A stretch of 64,000 bases of DNA from Candidatus Brocadiia bacterium. GTDB taxonomy: Bacteria > Planctomycetota > PUPC01 > DSUN01. Of this stretch, positions 39,189 through 48,302 are shown in pieces (the stretch's first letter is position 1; each line of letters starts with the position of its first letter). The stretch lies in NCBI GenBank assembly GCA_046538415.1, contig JBKHIY010000013.1, positions 747 through 64,746 on the forward strand. The letters are read 5' to 3'. Below the pieces are notes generated by a model that saw only the letters and a program-made list of their open reading frames with translations, was not told where the DNA came from and did no database searches. Position numbers and translations under genes: made by a program.

Positions 39189-39566
39189 TCAGGCGCTGGT
39201 GTCGTCTGCTCCTGGTTGCTCGGCGGGCCCCTGGGCGCCGGGGGCGCCCCCGGGCGCCGCCTGCGGGCCGCGATGGTGGTGGTCGCGGATCTTGTCCTTG
39301 TGCTTTCGCAGCTGGGCCTCCACCTTGTCGGCGGCCTTGTGGAGCGAGGCGTAGGCGTTGTCGGTCGACACCTTGGCGACGACGGCAGGGCCGTGGCTGA
39401 CGTTGGCCACCAGTTCAGCGATGCGCCGCTCCTTTTCGGCCTGCAAGGTCACGTGCAGGCACAGGACGCCATCGAAGAAGTGCTCCAGGCGGTCGGCGAG
39501 GTGCTGGACGTAGCCGCGCAACTCGTCGGTCACCTCGAGATGGTGCGCGGAGAGCTCGATTTGCAC
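39189..39566 (-). CDS. hpf: Ribosome hibernation-promoting factor (HPF/RaiA)
   Basis: A GTG start after GGGAAGAG. (V)QIELSAHHLEVTDELRGYVQHLADRLEHFFDGVLCLHVTLQAEK… matches the HPF/YfiA fold. Confidence 0.8.
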   Translation of the reverse strand: MQIELSAHHLEVTDELRGYVQHLADRLEHFFDGVLCLHVTLQAEKERRIAELVANVSHGPAVVAKVSTDNAYASLHKAADKVEAQLRKHKDKIRDHHHRGPQAAPGGAPGAQGPAEQPGADDTSA

Positions 39567-39758
39567 TTTGCTCTTCCCTGCGAGGGTCGTGGCGGCGTGG
39601 GCCGCCCCCTGAGAACCGTGCCTATGGGGTCGTAAAGCCCCGTATTTTAGCACCTTCTGGCGTGTCGGTCAAAGTTTTTTTCGCTTGACACATGGGGGGC
39701 CAGGGGTAGAATCGTGGCCGTTCGCCGCCCATCGAGGCCCAGGTCGCGGAGGCCGGCA

Positions 39759-41249
39759 GTGCATTGTCCCTCCTTCCCCGAGTTTCAGCGGCTGGCTCGC
39801 ACGGCCAACGTGATTCCCGTCTACCGCCAGCTCCTGGCCGACACCCTTACGCCGGTCTCCGCCTTCCAGAAGCTGGACGTGGCGGACCACGGCTTCCTCC
39901 TGGAAAGCGTGACGGGGGGCGAGCGGATCGGACGCTACTCCTTCCTGGGGGGCGGCCCGCCGGCCATCCTCCGGGCGCGGGACCACCGCGTGGAGATCGT
40001 CAGGGGGCAGGCCGTCAAGCAGTACGAGTCGGCCGACCCGCTGGGCGAGGTGGAGCAGCTCCTGGCCCACACCCACCCGGCGCGGCTGCCCGACCTGGAG
40101 GCCTTCACGGGCGGCGTGGTGGGCTACCTGGGCTACGACGTGGTGCGCTACGTGGAGGACCTGCCCCACGCCCCCAGCGACGACCTGGGCCTGCCCGACA
40201 TCTACCTCCTGGCCTGCGAGACCCTGGTGGTCTTCGACCACGTGTTCAAGACCATCAAGGTGGTCACCAACGCCCGGCTCGACGGGCGCTCGGCCCGCGA
40301 GGCCTACGACCAGGCGGCGAGCCGCATCGACGCCGTGGTCGAGCGCCTGCGCACCCCCGTCACCCAGGTGACCGACGACGTGCGCCCCGCCGGCGAGGTC
40401 ACCGTGCCCTTCGAATCGAACTTCACCCGGCAGGACTTCGAGGACGCCGTGCGCCGCTGCCTGGACTACATCCGCGCCGGCGACATCATCCAGGTCGTCC
40501 TCTCTCAGCGGCTGGCGGTCGAGACCCAGGCCCACCCCTTCGACGTCTACCGCGTGCTGCGGGTGGTCAACCCCTCGCCCTACATGTTTTATCTCCGCCT
40601 GGGGGAGCTGACCCTGGTAGGGGCCTCGCCCGAGGTGATGGTCAAGCTGGAGGGGGATAAGGTGACCGTGCGGCCCATCGCCGGCACCCGCCCCCGCGGG
40701 GCCACTGCCGAGGACGACGAGCGCCTGGCCGCCGAGCTGCTCGCCGACCCCAAGGAGCGGGCCGAGCACGCCATGCTCCTCGACCTGGGGCGCAACGACG
40801 TAGGCCGCGTGGCGCGCTACGGCTCCGTGACCGTCGACGAGCAGATGGTGATCGAGCGCTACTCCCACGTGATGCACATCACCTCCAACGTCACGGGGCG
40901 GCTCCGCCCCGACGCAGGCCCCTTCGACGTCCTCCGCGCCTGCCTCCCCGCGGGCACCGTGTCCGGAGCCCCCAAGGTGCGGGCCATGCAAATCGTCGAC
41001 GAGCTGGAGCCCACCCGCCGTGGCCCCTACGCCGGGGCCGTAGGCACCATCGATTTCCACGGCAACATCAATACCTGCATCACCATCCGAACCATCGCCT
41101 TCCACCAGGGCAGGGCCTACGTGCAGGTGGGCGCCGGGATGGTGGCCGACTCCGTGCCCGCGCGAGAGCACGAGGAGACCATCAACAAGGCCAAGGCCCT
41201 GCTCCGGGCCATCGAGCTGGCCGAGCAACTGTCCGGCGGCCACGGCTAA
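39759..41249 (+). CDS. trpE: Anthranilate synthase component I
   Basis: LLESVTGGERIGRYSFLG is the Trp-binding region. The chorismate-binding C-terminus carries GAVGTIDFHGNINTCITIRT. A GTG at 39759 after GGAGG is preferred over the Arg-rich ATG at 39714. Confidence 0.9.
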   Translation: MHCPSFPEFQRLARTANVIPVYRQLLADTLTPVSAFQKLDVADHGFLLESVTGGERIGRYSFLGGGPPAILRARDHRVEIVRGQAVKQYESADPLGEVEQLLAHTHPARLPDLEAFTGGVVGYLGYDVVRYVEDLPHAPSDDLGLPDIYLLACETLVVFDHVFKTIKVVTNARLDGRSAREAYDQAASRIDAVVERLRTPVTQVTDDVRPAGEVTVPFESNFTRQDFEDAVRRCLDYIRAGDIIQVVLSQRLAVETQAHPFDVYRVLRVVNPSPYMFYLRLGELTLVGASPEVMVKLEGDKVTVRPIAGTRPRGATAEDDERLAAELLADPKERAEHAMLLDLGRNDVGRVARYGSVTVDEQMVIERYSHVMHITSNVTGRLRPDAGPFDVLRACLPAGTVSGAPKVRAMQIVDELEPTRRGPYAGAVGTIDFHGNINTCITIRTIAFHQGRAYVQVGAGMVADSVPAREHEETINKAKALLRAIELAEQLSGGHG

Positions 41250-42457
41250 CGGCCCGCGGCCAGACCCTCGTAGAGTTCCGCCATCTGCCCCAGGAATCGC
41301 GCCTCGGTGTAGTGCGTCAGCACTCGCTGGCGAGCCGCGGCGGCGAGCTCACGACGCCATCCGGCATCGTCCAGAAGCCGTGCCACGGCCCGGGCGAAGC
41401 CCCGCCAGTCCCCGGGCTCGATCAGCAGCCCGCTTCGCTCGTGCTCCACGGCGTCGCGGTTGCCCGTCACGTCCGATGCCACGGGCACCACGCCGCGGGC
41501 CATGGCCTCGAGCAGCGAGTAAGGCAGGCCCTCGTAGCGGGAGGGCAGGACCACGGCGTCGAAGGCGGCGACCAGGTCGGCCGCGTCCGCGCGGTGCCCC
41601 AGCACGCGGATGGGCAGGGACGGCGACCACAGGACCGGCTCGGCGGGCCTCAGGTCGCGCACCACCACCCGCCACACCGGGGGCGCGTAGCGGGGCTCCA
41701 GGCTCCGCAGGTAGCGGGGATTGTCGGTCCGACCGACCAGGAAGGCGTGGACGTCGGGGCGCGGGCGCCGAAGCTCGCTCACCGCAGAGAGGTAGGTCTG
41801 CACGTCCTTCTGCGGGGTCAGCCGGCCTACGAAGGCCACGGCCCCGGCCTCGTCGGCCAGCTCCAGCTCCCGCCGGTAGCGTGCCCGCAGCGCCCCGGGG
41901 GCGGCTTCGGGGGGCCGAATGCCGTTTTCCACGACCAACAGCTTCTCCTCCTCGCACAGCCGCGCGCGGCGAGCGGTCTCCCGCTGGCTGGGGGCGACCA
42001 GCACGATGCGGTCCGCCCAGCGCGCCGCGCGGCGCTCGAGGCGCCGATAGAGCCAGCCCAGCCGCGTGTCCGCCCGCTCGAAGGGGAAAGTGTGGGGGGT
42101 ATGGACGACCGCCGGCACCCTCGCGCGCCGGGCGGCCAGGCGGCCCAGGAAACCCGCCTTCGCCGCGTGCGTATGCACCACGTCGTAGCTCCCGCGTTTC
42201 ATCAAGCGGGTGAGCTGGCCGAGGGCGGCGCAATCGGCCCGCGCGCTGGGGGCCCGCTTCATGGGCACCACCTCGACCTCGCAGCCTTCGGCGCGGAGGC
42301 CCTCGACCACCTCCTCGCCCTCGCCCCCTCGCTCCACGGAGCAGGCGAGGTGGAGGTCGAAGCGGCGGCGGTCAAGCCCCCTAAGGATCTGCTCGACGTG
42401 CTTGCGCGCCCCCCCGGCGTAGGCCTCTACGACCTCCAGGATTCGGATGGGCTTCAT
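41246..42457 (-). CDS. Glycosyltransferase family 4 (GT-B, EX7E type)
   Basis: 403 aa. The N-terminal RILEVVEAYAGGARKHV and the C-terminal LPSRYEGLPYSLLEAMARGVPVVASD carry the EX7E motif. It is convergent with trpE by 4 nt. Confidence 0.85.
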   Translation of the reverse strand: MKPIRILEVVEAYAGGARKHVEQILRGLDRRRFDLHLACSVERGGEGEEVVEGLRAEGCEVEVVPMKRAPSARADCAALGQLTRLMKRGSYDVVHTHAAKAGFLGRLAARRARVPAVVHTPHTFPFERADTRLGWLYRRLERRAARWADRIVLVAPSQRETARRARLCEEEKLLVVENGIRPPEAAPGALRARYRRELELADEAGAVAFVGRLTPQKDVQTYLSAVSELRRPRPDVHAFLVGRTDNPRYLRSLEPRYAPPVWRVVVRDLRPAEPVLWSPSLPIRVLGHRADAADLVAAFDAVVLPSRYEGLPYSLLEAMARGVVPVASDVTGNRDAVEHERSGLLIEPGDWRGFARAVARLLDDAGWRRELAAAARQRVLTHYTEARFLGQMAELYEGLAAGR

Positions 42458-42641
42458 CTGGCTCCCGCATTCCGCTTGGTGGCGCCCGGAGAGTAGCAGA
42501 AAGCCCCGGGCGACGCAAGACCGCGAAGGAGCGGGCCGCGGGCTTGACTTCGTTCCGGGCCGCGCTTACGCTACACTTGGGAAAGTGGGGCGTAGCCCCC
42601 GCCGCAAGGCAAGGCCGAACTCGGTGAAGACGAGGTAAGTC

Positions 42642-43319
42642 GTGCTGATAGAAGTACATAGGAAGTCGGACAAGAGGGCACAGCAGGAGGCCCGGGCGCG
42701 AAGAAGGGCGAAGAGATGCCGGGCCGCCGCGCTGGCCGCGGCCTTCGCCGCCACCATCGTCGCCTGCTTCCTGCTGGGGCGGCTGGCCAGGCCCGCCGAG
42801 GACTGGTCGCGCCAGCATACCGATACCGACGACGACCCCAAGGTCTTCCGTAACTCCTTCCTCGGCCTGTGCATGCTGATTCCCGACGAAGACGACTGGC
42901 GGATGGTCAGCGATCCTTCCCACTTTCGCTTTCAGGGCCTGAAGGGCGTCAACAAGGTGCTGGAAATCGACCGGATGGTCGGCCCCGGGGAAAGCCGCCG
43001 CCAGTGGGCGCGGATGGACCTCTTCGTCCATCCCCTCTACGGCCAGGTGGAGCCCGACCACGTGCTGCGCGTGCTCGAGTTCCGGCCCCAGCGTCCCGGC
43101 TTCCGCATCGTTGACGAGCGGACGGTGACCATCGGGGGAGAGGAGGGGACGGCGCGCACCGGTGCCTGGAGCCTCGGGGGGCGGCGGTTCCGGGCCATCA
43201 ACTACGCGGTGAGCCACGCCGAACGCCTCTTGTGCTTCGTCGCGGTGTGCGAGGCGGAGGCCTTCGCCCGGCACCGCGCGCGCTTCGACCGGATCGTTGC
43301 CTCCGTCCGCTTCGAGTAG
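42642..43319 (+). CDS. Cassette partner X1, a small membrane-anchored hypothetical protein
   Basis: 225 aa with a GTG start. A basic N-terminus is followed by a TM helix AAALAAAFAATIVACFLLGRL. The C-terminal motif LLCFVAVCEAEAFARHRARFDRIVASVRFE is shared with X2 and X3. Confidence 0.5.
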   Translation: MLIEVHRKSDKRAQQEARARRRAKRCRAAALAAAFAATIVACFLLGRLARPAEDWSRQHTDTDDDPKVFRNSFLGLCMLIPDEDDWRMVSDPSHFRFQGLKGVNKVLEIDRMVGPGESRRQWARMDLFVHPLYGQVEPDHVLRVLEFRPQRPGFRIVDERTVTIGGEEGTARTGAWSLGGRRFRAINYAVSHAERLLCFVAVCEAEAFARHRARFDRIVASVRFE

Positions 43320-43633
43320 CCCGCCCCGCGACCTCCATCGCCGCCGCCCATCAACCCATACCCCAGGCCCGTCGCAGGCCCCGCCACGCGGTGCTCTGGC
43401 CCGCCGCTGCGGGGGAGGCAAGCCCCGAGGCGACCACGTCGCGGCGCCCTGCCTGGGCGCCAGCCCCGGCGCATAAGTGTCGCTATACCAGATGGGTATG
43501 CGTAGCTGAGGCAGTCCCGCACGGTGGCTCAGCCGCCCGCCGGCACGCCGCTTGCACGATGCACCAAGCGCCTGCGGCGAGACCGCCGCCGGAAGCCGTG
43601 AAGACGCCGAGCCAAGGGAAAAGGAGAACGACG

Positions 43634-45094
43634 ATGGGTGGACTGCGAACGAGGAACCGAAGGGCCTTCGTCGCCGTCGAGGTGGCCGCCGTGGTGGCCG
43701 TGATCGCGCTGCTGCTGGCCATGGGCTTCATGCTCTATCGCGGCATGCGGCTCGCCGCCCGGGCCTCCCTGGCCGAGAGCAACCTCAAGCAGGTCTCCAC
43801 GGGGATGGAGCTCTACTTCCGCAAGTACAACAGCTATCCCCCCGAGGGCAGCGACCTGACGGCCGAGCTGGCTCCCTTCGTGACCGACCCCGACGCCTTC
43901 GCCAACCCCCTCAAGGAGGAGCAGAGCCCGGGCGAGACCCTCAACGCCCTCTACAAGGAGCCCTCCCTGGAGCAGCTCGACAGCCCCGACCACTACATCA
44001 CCTCCCTGGTCTCCGAGGACGGCCGCACCGTGGTGGTGCTGAAGACCGGCGGTAAGGTCGAGCGCCGCAACGACTTGCGGTTCGACCCCGACGCGCCGCC
44101 CGGCGACCTGGTGGCCATGCTCGACCCGGAAACGACCACCAGCTCGGGCGATGGCGACGACGACGTGGTGATCCTTGCCGCGCCCGACGAGCCCACCGAT
44201 ACCAGCTCGCCCGATGACCATAGCAACGAGGTCGTCCCCGGGGTGATCAAGGTCCTCGACGACGTGGTCGTGGACTTCGAGGTCATCGAGACCGCGCTCA
44301 GCTCCGGCACCACGGACCTGGACGTCTTCGTGGAGGGCAAGTTCGGCAAGGCCATCACCTACGTAGTGGTCCAGGACGGGGTGAGCCGCGTGAAGTTCGA
44401 GGACGCCCCGGAGGGCCTGGGCGAGGACGACGCCCAGGAGACCGACCGCTTCGTGATGAGCGTCCAGGGCACCACCGACTCGGTCACCGTCTCCACCAAG
44501 GCGGCTACGGGCAAGGCCACTACCACCCTGCCCGCCGAGGTGGGCGCCACGGCCAAGGACGAGCTGGGCTTCGTGATCACCGTCGAGAGCATCTCCGACG
44601 ATAGTGTCTACACCCTCTCGGTGAGCAGCGAGAGCAACGAGCACGCCCTCAGCCACGTGGAGTTCGACTTCGGCGAAGGCACGGAAGTCGAGGTGACCGA
44701 GGACGTTACGCGGATGAGCGGCGAGCCGCTCTTCGGCGGCGCCGACGTGGACGGCGGCGAGTTCGACTCCAAGACCCTCGCCAAGGACCAGTCCTTCGCC
44801 CTCATCGGCATCGCCGGCACCGCCACCTACGCCAGCGACGTCCACACCTCCCAGGTACTCACCCTGCGCAACGGCGATCAGGCGTTCGAGGACCCCGCGA
44901 CGAGCAACATCCCCATCACCGGCACCCCGCTGGAGGGCCTCATCGACCCCGTCACCGGCACGGTCACCATCGAGAACGACCAGGTGCTGTTCCTCTTCGA
45001 GCTGGGCACCATCGACCCCAGCAGCAGCGCCTTCGACCTCGACGACCTCGTCGTCCTCGCCACCCTCAAGAAGACCGCCACCAGCGAGCAGTAG
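43634..45094 (+). CDS. Cassette protein Y1, a large acidic type IV pilin-like protein
   Basis: 486 aa, preceded by the Shine-Dalgarno AAGGAG. The class III signal MGGLRTRNRRA|FVAVEVAAVVAVIALLLAMGF has F at +1 and E at +5. A pilin-like helix follows. Then come Asp/Glu/Thr/Ser-rich linkers and two beta-rich modules, A (KFEDAPEGLGEDDAQETD…HALSHVEFDFGEG) and B (VLTLRNGD…DLVVLATLKK). Confidence 0.6.
   Translation: MGGLRTRNRRAFVAVEVAAVVAVIALLLAMGFMLYRGMRLAARASLAESNLKQVSTGMELYFRKYNSYPPEGSDLTAELAPFVTDPDAFANPLKEEQSPGETLNALYKEPSLEQLDSPDHYITSLVSEDGRTVVVLKTGGKVERRNDLRFDPDAPPGDLVAMLDPETTTSSGDGDDDVVILAAPDEPTDTSSPDDHSNEVVPGVIKVLDDVVVDFEVIETALSSGTTDLDVFVEGKFGKAITYVVVQDGVSRVKFEDAPEGLGEDDAQETDRFVMSVQGTTDSVTVSTKAATGKATTTLPAEVGATAKDELGFVITVESISDDSVYTLSVSSESNEHALSHVEFDFGEGTEVEVTEDVTRMSGEPLFGGADVDGGEFDSKTLAKDQSFALIGIAGTATYASDVHTSQVLTLRNGDQAFEDPATSNIPITGTPLEGLIDPVTGTVTIENDQVLFLFELGTIDPSSSAFDLDDLVVLATLKKTATSEQ
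43664..43873. repeat. Conserved pilin-helix coding segment, copy 1
   Basis: It is about 85% nt-identical to 46207..46416, with FVAVEVAAVVAVIALLL…NLKQVSTGMELYFR. Boundaries are approximate. Confidence 0.5.
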
Positions 45095-45143
45095 GGCGCA
45101 GAGGACGCCGCCGAGATGAGCACCTCCATCGGGACAAAGGCCC

Positions 45144-45180
45144 GCCTGGGCACGGAGCCGCCTGCCCGTGCCCAGGCGGC
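45144..45180 (+). other. GC-rich hairpin downstream of Y1, a possible attenuator or partial terminator
   Basis: GCCTGGGCACGG-agccgcctgc-CCGTGCCCAGGC is a 12-bp stem. It is followed by an A-rich rather than a U-rich tract. Confidence 0.35.
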
Positions 45181-45250
45181 CAAAACTCCACTGAAACCGA
45201 GGACACCACGAGCCCAGAGCTGGCAGCCGCATCCACCGGACACTCAAGCC

Positions 45251-45859
45251 ATGAACACACGTCGACGCACCGCCCGCCTCCTGCTCGCCGCACTGGGCGC
45301 CGCTCTCCTGGCAGCGGGGTGCAGCAGCTCGAAGGACGAGCGGTACTACCGCGGCCCGGCCTTCGAAGTCGGTAAGCCCCCTTCCCAAGGGTGGATCCTG
45401 GTCTCCAAGCCCAGGAACTTCGCGTTCGCAGCGGCCCGCGGCCACGTGGGGCTCGCGGACACGGCGGAGGGCAAGCTCGTGGAGCTGACCAACCCCGCGG
45501 CCCGGGCCTCCGCCGAAATCTACCTCGTCGACACCACTGCCGCCGACACGCAGACCGTCGTCACAGCTCTCCTTCGCCAGCCGCCGAGGCGCCACCTGAC
45601 CGAGGGGCCGAGGAGACGCGTCCTCGTCGACGGCCGCGAGGGAGTCGGAAGCATCTTCGCCTGGCGACAGAGCCGCAACGCCACGACCTACTATCTCTAC
45701 TGCGTGCGAGTGCCGCTGGGCACCAAGCTGTGGTGCTTCGTGGGCACGGCCCCGGCCGAAGCCTTCCCTCGCCTGCGGTGGGACTTCAAGACGGTGCTCC
45801 GCACCGTGCGCTTCAAGGCCCCTGCTTTGGCCACGGCGGGCGTGAACGGCAAAGGATAA
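45251..45859 (+). CDS. Cassette partner X2, a lipoprotein
   Basis: 202 aa. MNTRRRTARLLLAALGAALLAAGCSSSK is a lipobox LAAGC. The C-terminal motif LWCFVGTAPAEAFPRLRWDFKTVLRTVRF is homologous to X1 and X3. Confidence 0.5.
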   Translation: MNTRRRTARLLLAALGAALLAAGCSSSKDERYYRGPAFEVGKPPSQGWILVSKPRNFAFAAARGHVGLADTAEGKLVELTNPAARASAEIYLVDTTAADTQTVVTALLRQPPRRHLTEGPRRRVLVDGREGVGSIFAWRQSRNATTYYLYCVRVPLGTKLWCFVGTAPAEAFPRLRWDFKTVLRTVRFKAPALATAGVNGKG

Positions 45860-46176
45860 TCCCCGGGTGGGGAGGGGGCAAGGCGCGACGACTCCGCGCC
45901 GTCCGCCCACCGGTCGCTCGCCGGAACCCGGGCCCCGCGCGACGGGGCCCAACCCCCGCGATGCGTAGGCGCCTCGCCACCGGCGAGAGCCCGTCGCGAC
46001 GGGCGCCAACCGCCCGCACAATCCCACAACAGCCTGTGGCATAGACGCTTAGGCCTCCAGGCCGGTCCCCCCCGGGAAACCGCGGCCCGAGGCGGCACGG
46101 GGCTTGCAAGCGGGCAGGGACGGTGGCGAAGGAACTGACCGCGCCTGGTCTCACGCACTGGGGAGAGGAGAGAACA

Positions 46177-48087
46177 ATGAGCGGGTCCCGACGCACGAAG
46201 AAGACGGGCTTCGTGGCCGTAGAGGTGGCCGCCGTGGTGGCGGTGATCGCGCTGCTCCTGGCCCTGGGCTTCATGCTCTATCGAGGCATGCGACTGGCGG
46301 CCCACGCCTCCGTCGCCGAGAACAACCTCAAGCAGGTCTCCACCGGCATGGAGCTCTACTTCCGCCAGTACAGCAGCTATCCGCCGGAGGATAGCGACCT
46401 GACCGTCGAGCTGGCGCCCTTCGTCGAGAATCCGGAAGTCTTCGAAAACCCCCTGCTGGACGAAGAAGCTCCCGGCGAGACCATCAACAAGCTCTACCGC
46501 CAGCCCACCCTCGAGGAGCTCGACCGCCCCGACCAGTACATCACCGCCATGGTCTCCGATAACGGGAAGACCGCGGTGATCCTCAAGACCAACAGCAAGG
46601 TGGAACGGGAGGACGACCTGCTCTTCGACCCCGACGCCCCCGCCGAAGAGCTCCTGGCCGTCCTCGACCCCGACCTGGGCGAGGAGGAGGACGCGCCCGA
46701 CGCGCCCGCAGAGCCCGTAGAGGAGGAGGCGGGCTTCGACTTCCACGACGACGGGGAGGTCGAGACCAGGACCTGCTCCGACCTCCGCATCTTCATCGTC
46801 GGCTCCCAATTCGGCTACGAGGACGGGAGCCTGGTGGACGTCGTGACCGAGGCCGACCTGGGGGACGGCTGGTTCGACCTCTTCAACGGCCAGCCCGTGC
46901 GGGCTGGCGACGAGTTCACCCGCGACAGCGTGCCCGCAGGCACCCGGGTGGTGGTGAAGGGCGAGATCGCCGGGGCCTACGAGCGCTGGCTGTGGAGCTA
47001 CTACGGCTACCCCCTCTCCTACAGGTCCACCGACGGCACGGGCCAGGTGCTCACCCTCCAGCGGGGCGACACCCCGGTCTACTTCGAGCCCGGGTTCCCC
47101 TGCCAGGCGCCCGTGGGCGAGCTGCTCGCCCCCTACGTGGACCCCCAGACAGGCACCGTGACCATCGCCGAGAACGAGGCGTTGTGGCTGTGGGACTTCA
47201 ATCCCCTGGAGACCGAGTACGGCATCGACTTCCAGGACCTCATCGTCCTGGCCACGGCCACCGTCGCCGAGCGCGAGTGTGAAGAAGACGACGAGGGCGG
47301 CGGCTCGGAGCCGCCTTCCGAGGACCCTGAGCCCGTGCTCGCCATCGCCTCGGACGGCGTGAGCGAAGGCGAGATCGAGGACACCACGTCGAGCGTCGAG
47401 TACGTGGTCGAGCGCGACGAGGACAACACCATCAAGTTCGAGGACGCTCCCGTGGGCCTCGGCGAGGACGGCGCCCACCAGACCGACGAGTTCGTCATCT
47501 CCGTCGAGGGCGACGTGACCAGCGTGAAGGTCAAGACCAAGGCGGCCACGGGCACGGCGACCAACGATGTGCCCCTCGGTGGCAGCGTGACCGACACCCT
47601 GGGCTTCCGGACCAGCCTCGAGCCCCTGGGCGGCGGCCAGTACAAGCTCTCGGTCACCAGCGTGAGCAACCGCCACGCCCTCAGCCACGTGGAATTCGAA
47701 TTCGAGGGCGGCGAGGTCGTCGGCCCCGATGGCCCCTACGCGGCCACCCGACGCGAGGAGGCCACGGTTCCCAGTAGCTATACCGCCACCGCGGTGATCA
47801 CCAACACCGCCTCGGATCCGCAGGACGCCGCCGCCGACGTGCAGCTCGGCATCCAAGTGGTCGAGGGCGCGAGCCACGTCGAGGCCATCCAGTGCCAGAC
47901 CGACGTCGGCTCCGTGCCCAGCGGCGAGAGCCATTCCGTGGACATCACCGTTACCACGAAGCCGAGCTGGCAGACCGCCTTCGGCGAGCACATCCGCGTG
48001 CGAGTGACCATCGAGAACGAGGCGAACGACCCCGACGTCAACGAGGGCAAGAGCGTGACCTTCACCTTCGACGGGCCGGAGGGCTAG
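46177..48087 (+). CDS. Cassette protein Y2, a large acidic type IV pilin-like protein
   Basis: 636 aa, preceded by the Shine-Dalgarno GGAGAGGAGAG. The class III signal MSGSRRTKKTG|FVAVEV… is the canonical G/F…E at +5. The pilin helix is about 85% nt-identical to Y1. Module order is B' (VLTLQRGD…DLIVLATATV), an acidic linker, A' (KFEDAPVGLGEDGAHQTD…HALSHVEFEFEGG), and then an extra C-terminal beta domain. Confidence 0.6.
   Translation: MSGSRRTKKTGFVAVEVAAVVAVIALLLALGFMLYRGMRLAAHASVAENNLKQVSTGMELYFRQYSSYPPEDSDLTVELAPFVENPEVFENPLLDEEAPGETINKLYRQPTLEELDRPDQYITAMVSDNGKTAVILKTNSKVEREDDLLFDPDAPAEELLAVLDPDLGEEEDAPDAPAEPVEEEAGFDFHDDGEVETRTCSDLRIFIVGSQFGYEDGSLVDVVTEADLGDGWFDLFNGQPVRAGDEFTRDSVPAGTRVVVKGEIAGAYERWLWSYYGYPLSYRSTDGTGQVLTLQRGDTPVYFEPGFPCQAPVGELLAPYVDPQTGTVTIAENEALWLWDFNPLETEYGIDFQDLIVLATATVAERECEEDDEGGGSEPPSEDPEPVLAIASDGVSEGEIEDTTSSVEYVVERDEDNTIKFEDAPVGLGEDGAHQTDEFVISVEGDVTSVKVKTKAATGTATNDVPLGGSVTDTLGFRTSLEPLGGGQYKLSVTSVSNRHALSHVEFEFEGGEVVGPDGPYAATRREEATVPSSYTATAVITNTASDPQDAAADVQLGIQVVEGASHVEAIQCQTDVGSVPSGESHSVDITVTTKPSWQTAFGEHIRVRVTIENEANDPDVNEGKSVTFTFDGPEG
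46207..46416. repeat. Conserved pilin-helix coding segment, copy 2
   Basis: See copy 1. Confidence 0.5.
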
Positions 48088-48134
48088 GGCCCCGCCCTCG
48101 GCCCGGGCGAGCGCGGCCGCTCGCCGGTCATCCG

Positions 48135-48164
48135 CCCCGGGCGCGGCAGCTCCCGCGCCCGGGG
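48135..48164 (+). other. GC hairpin downstream of Y2
   Basis: CCCCGGGCGCGG-cagctc-CCGCGCCCGGGG is a 12-bp perfect stem followed by CTTCC. Confidence 0.35.
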
Positions 48165-48302
48165 CTTCCGCATGCGTAAGCGTGTCAGACACCTATGAAC
48201 ACGGCTTGACGGCGGGCGCGACTCCGGACATGCTTGCAGGGGGCCCCGCGCCCGCGGCGGAGGGCCCGGGGCCGCAACGACACGCGAGATGAGGGGGACG
48301 AG

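Noticed and set aside
39714-39758. N-terminal 15 codons of the trpE ORF (MAVRRPSRPRSRRPA)
   Set aside because: An Arg-rich leader is unlikely. A GTG at 39759 preceded by GGAGG gives the canonical TrpE N-terminus.
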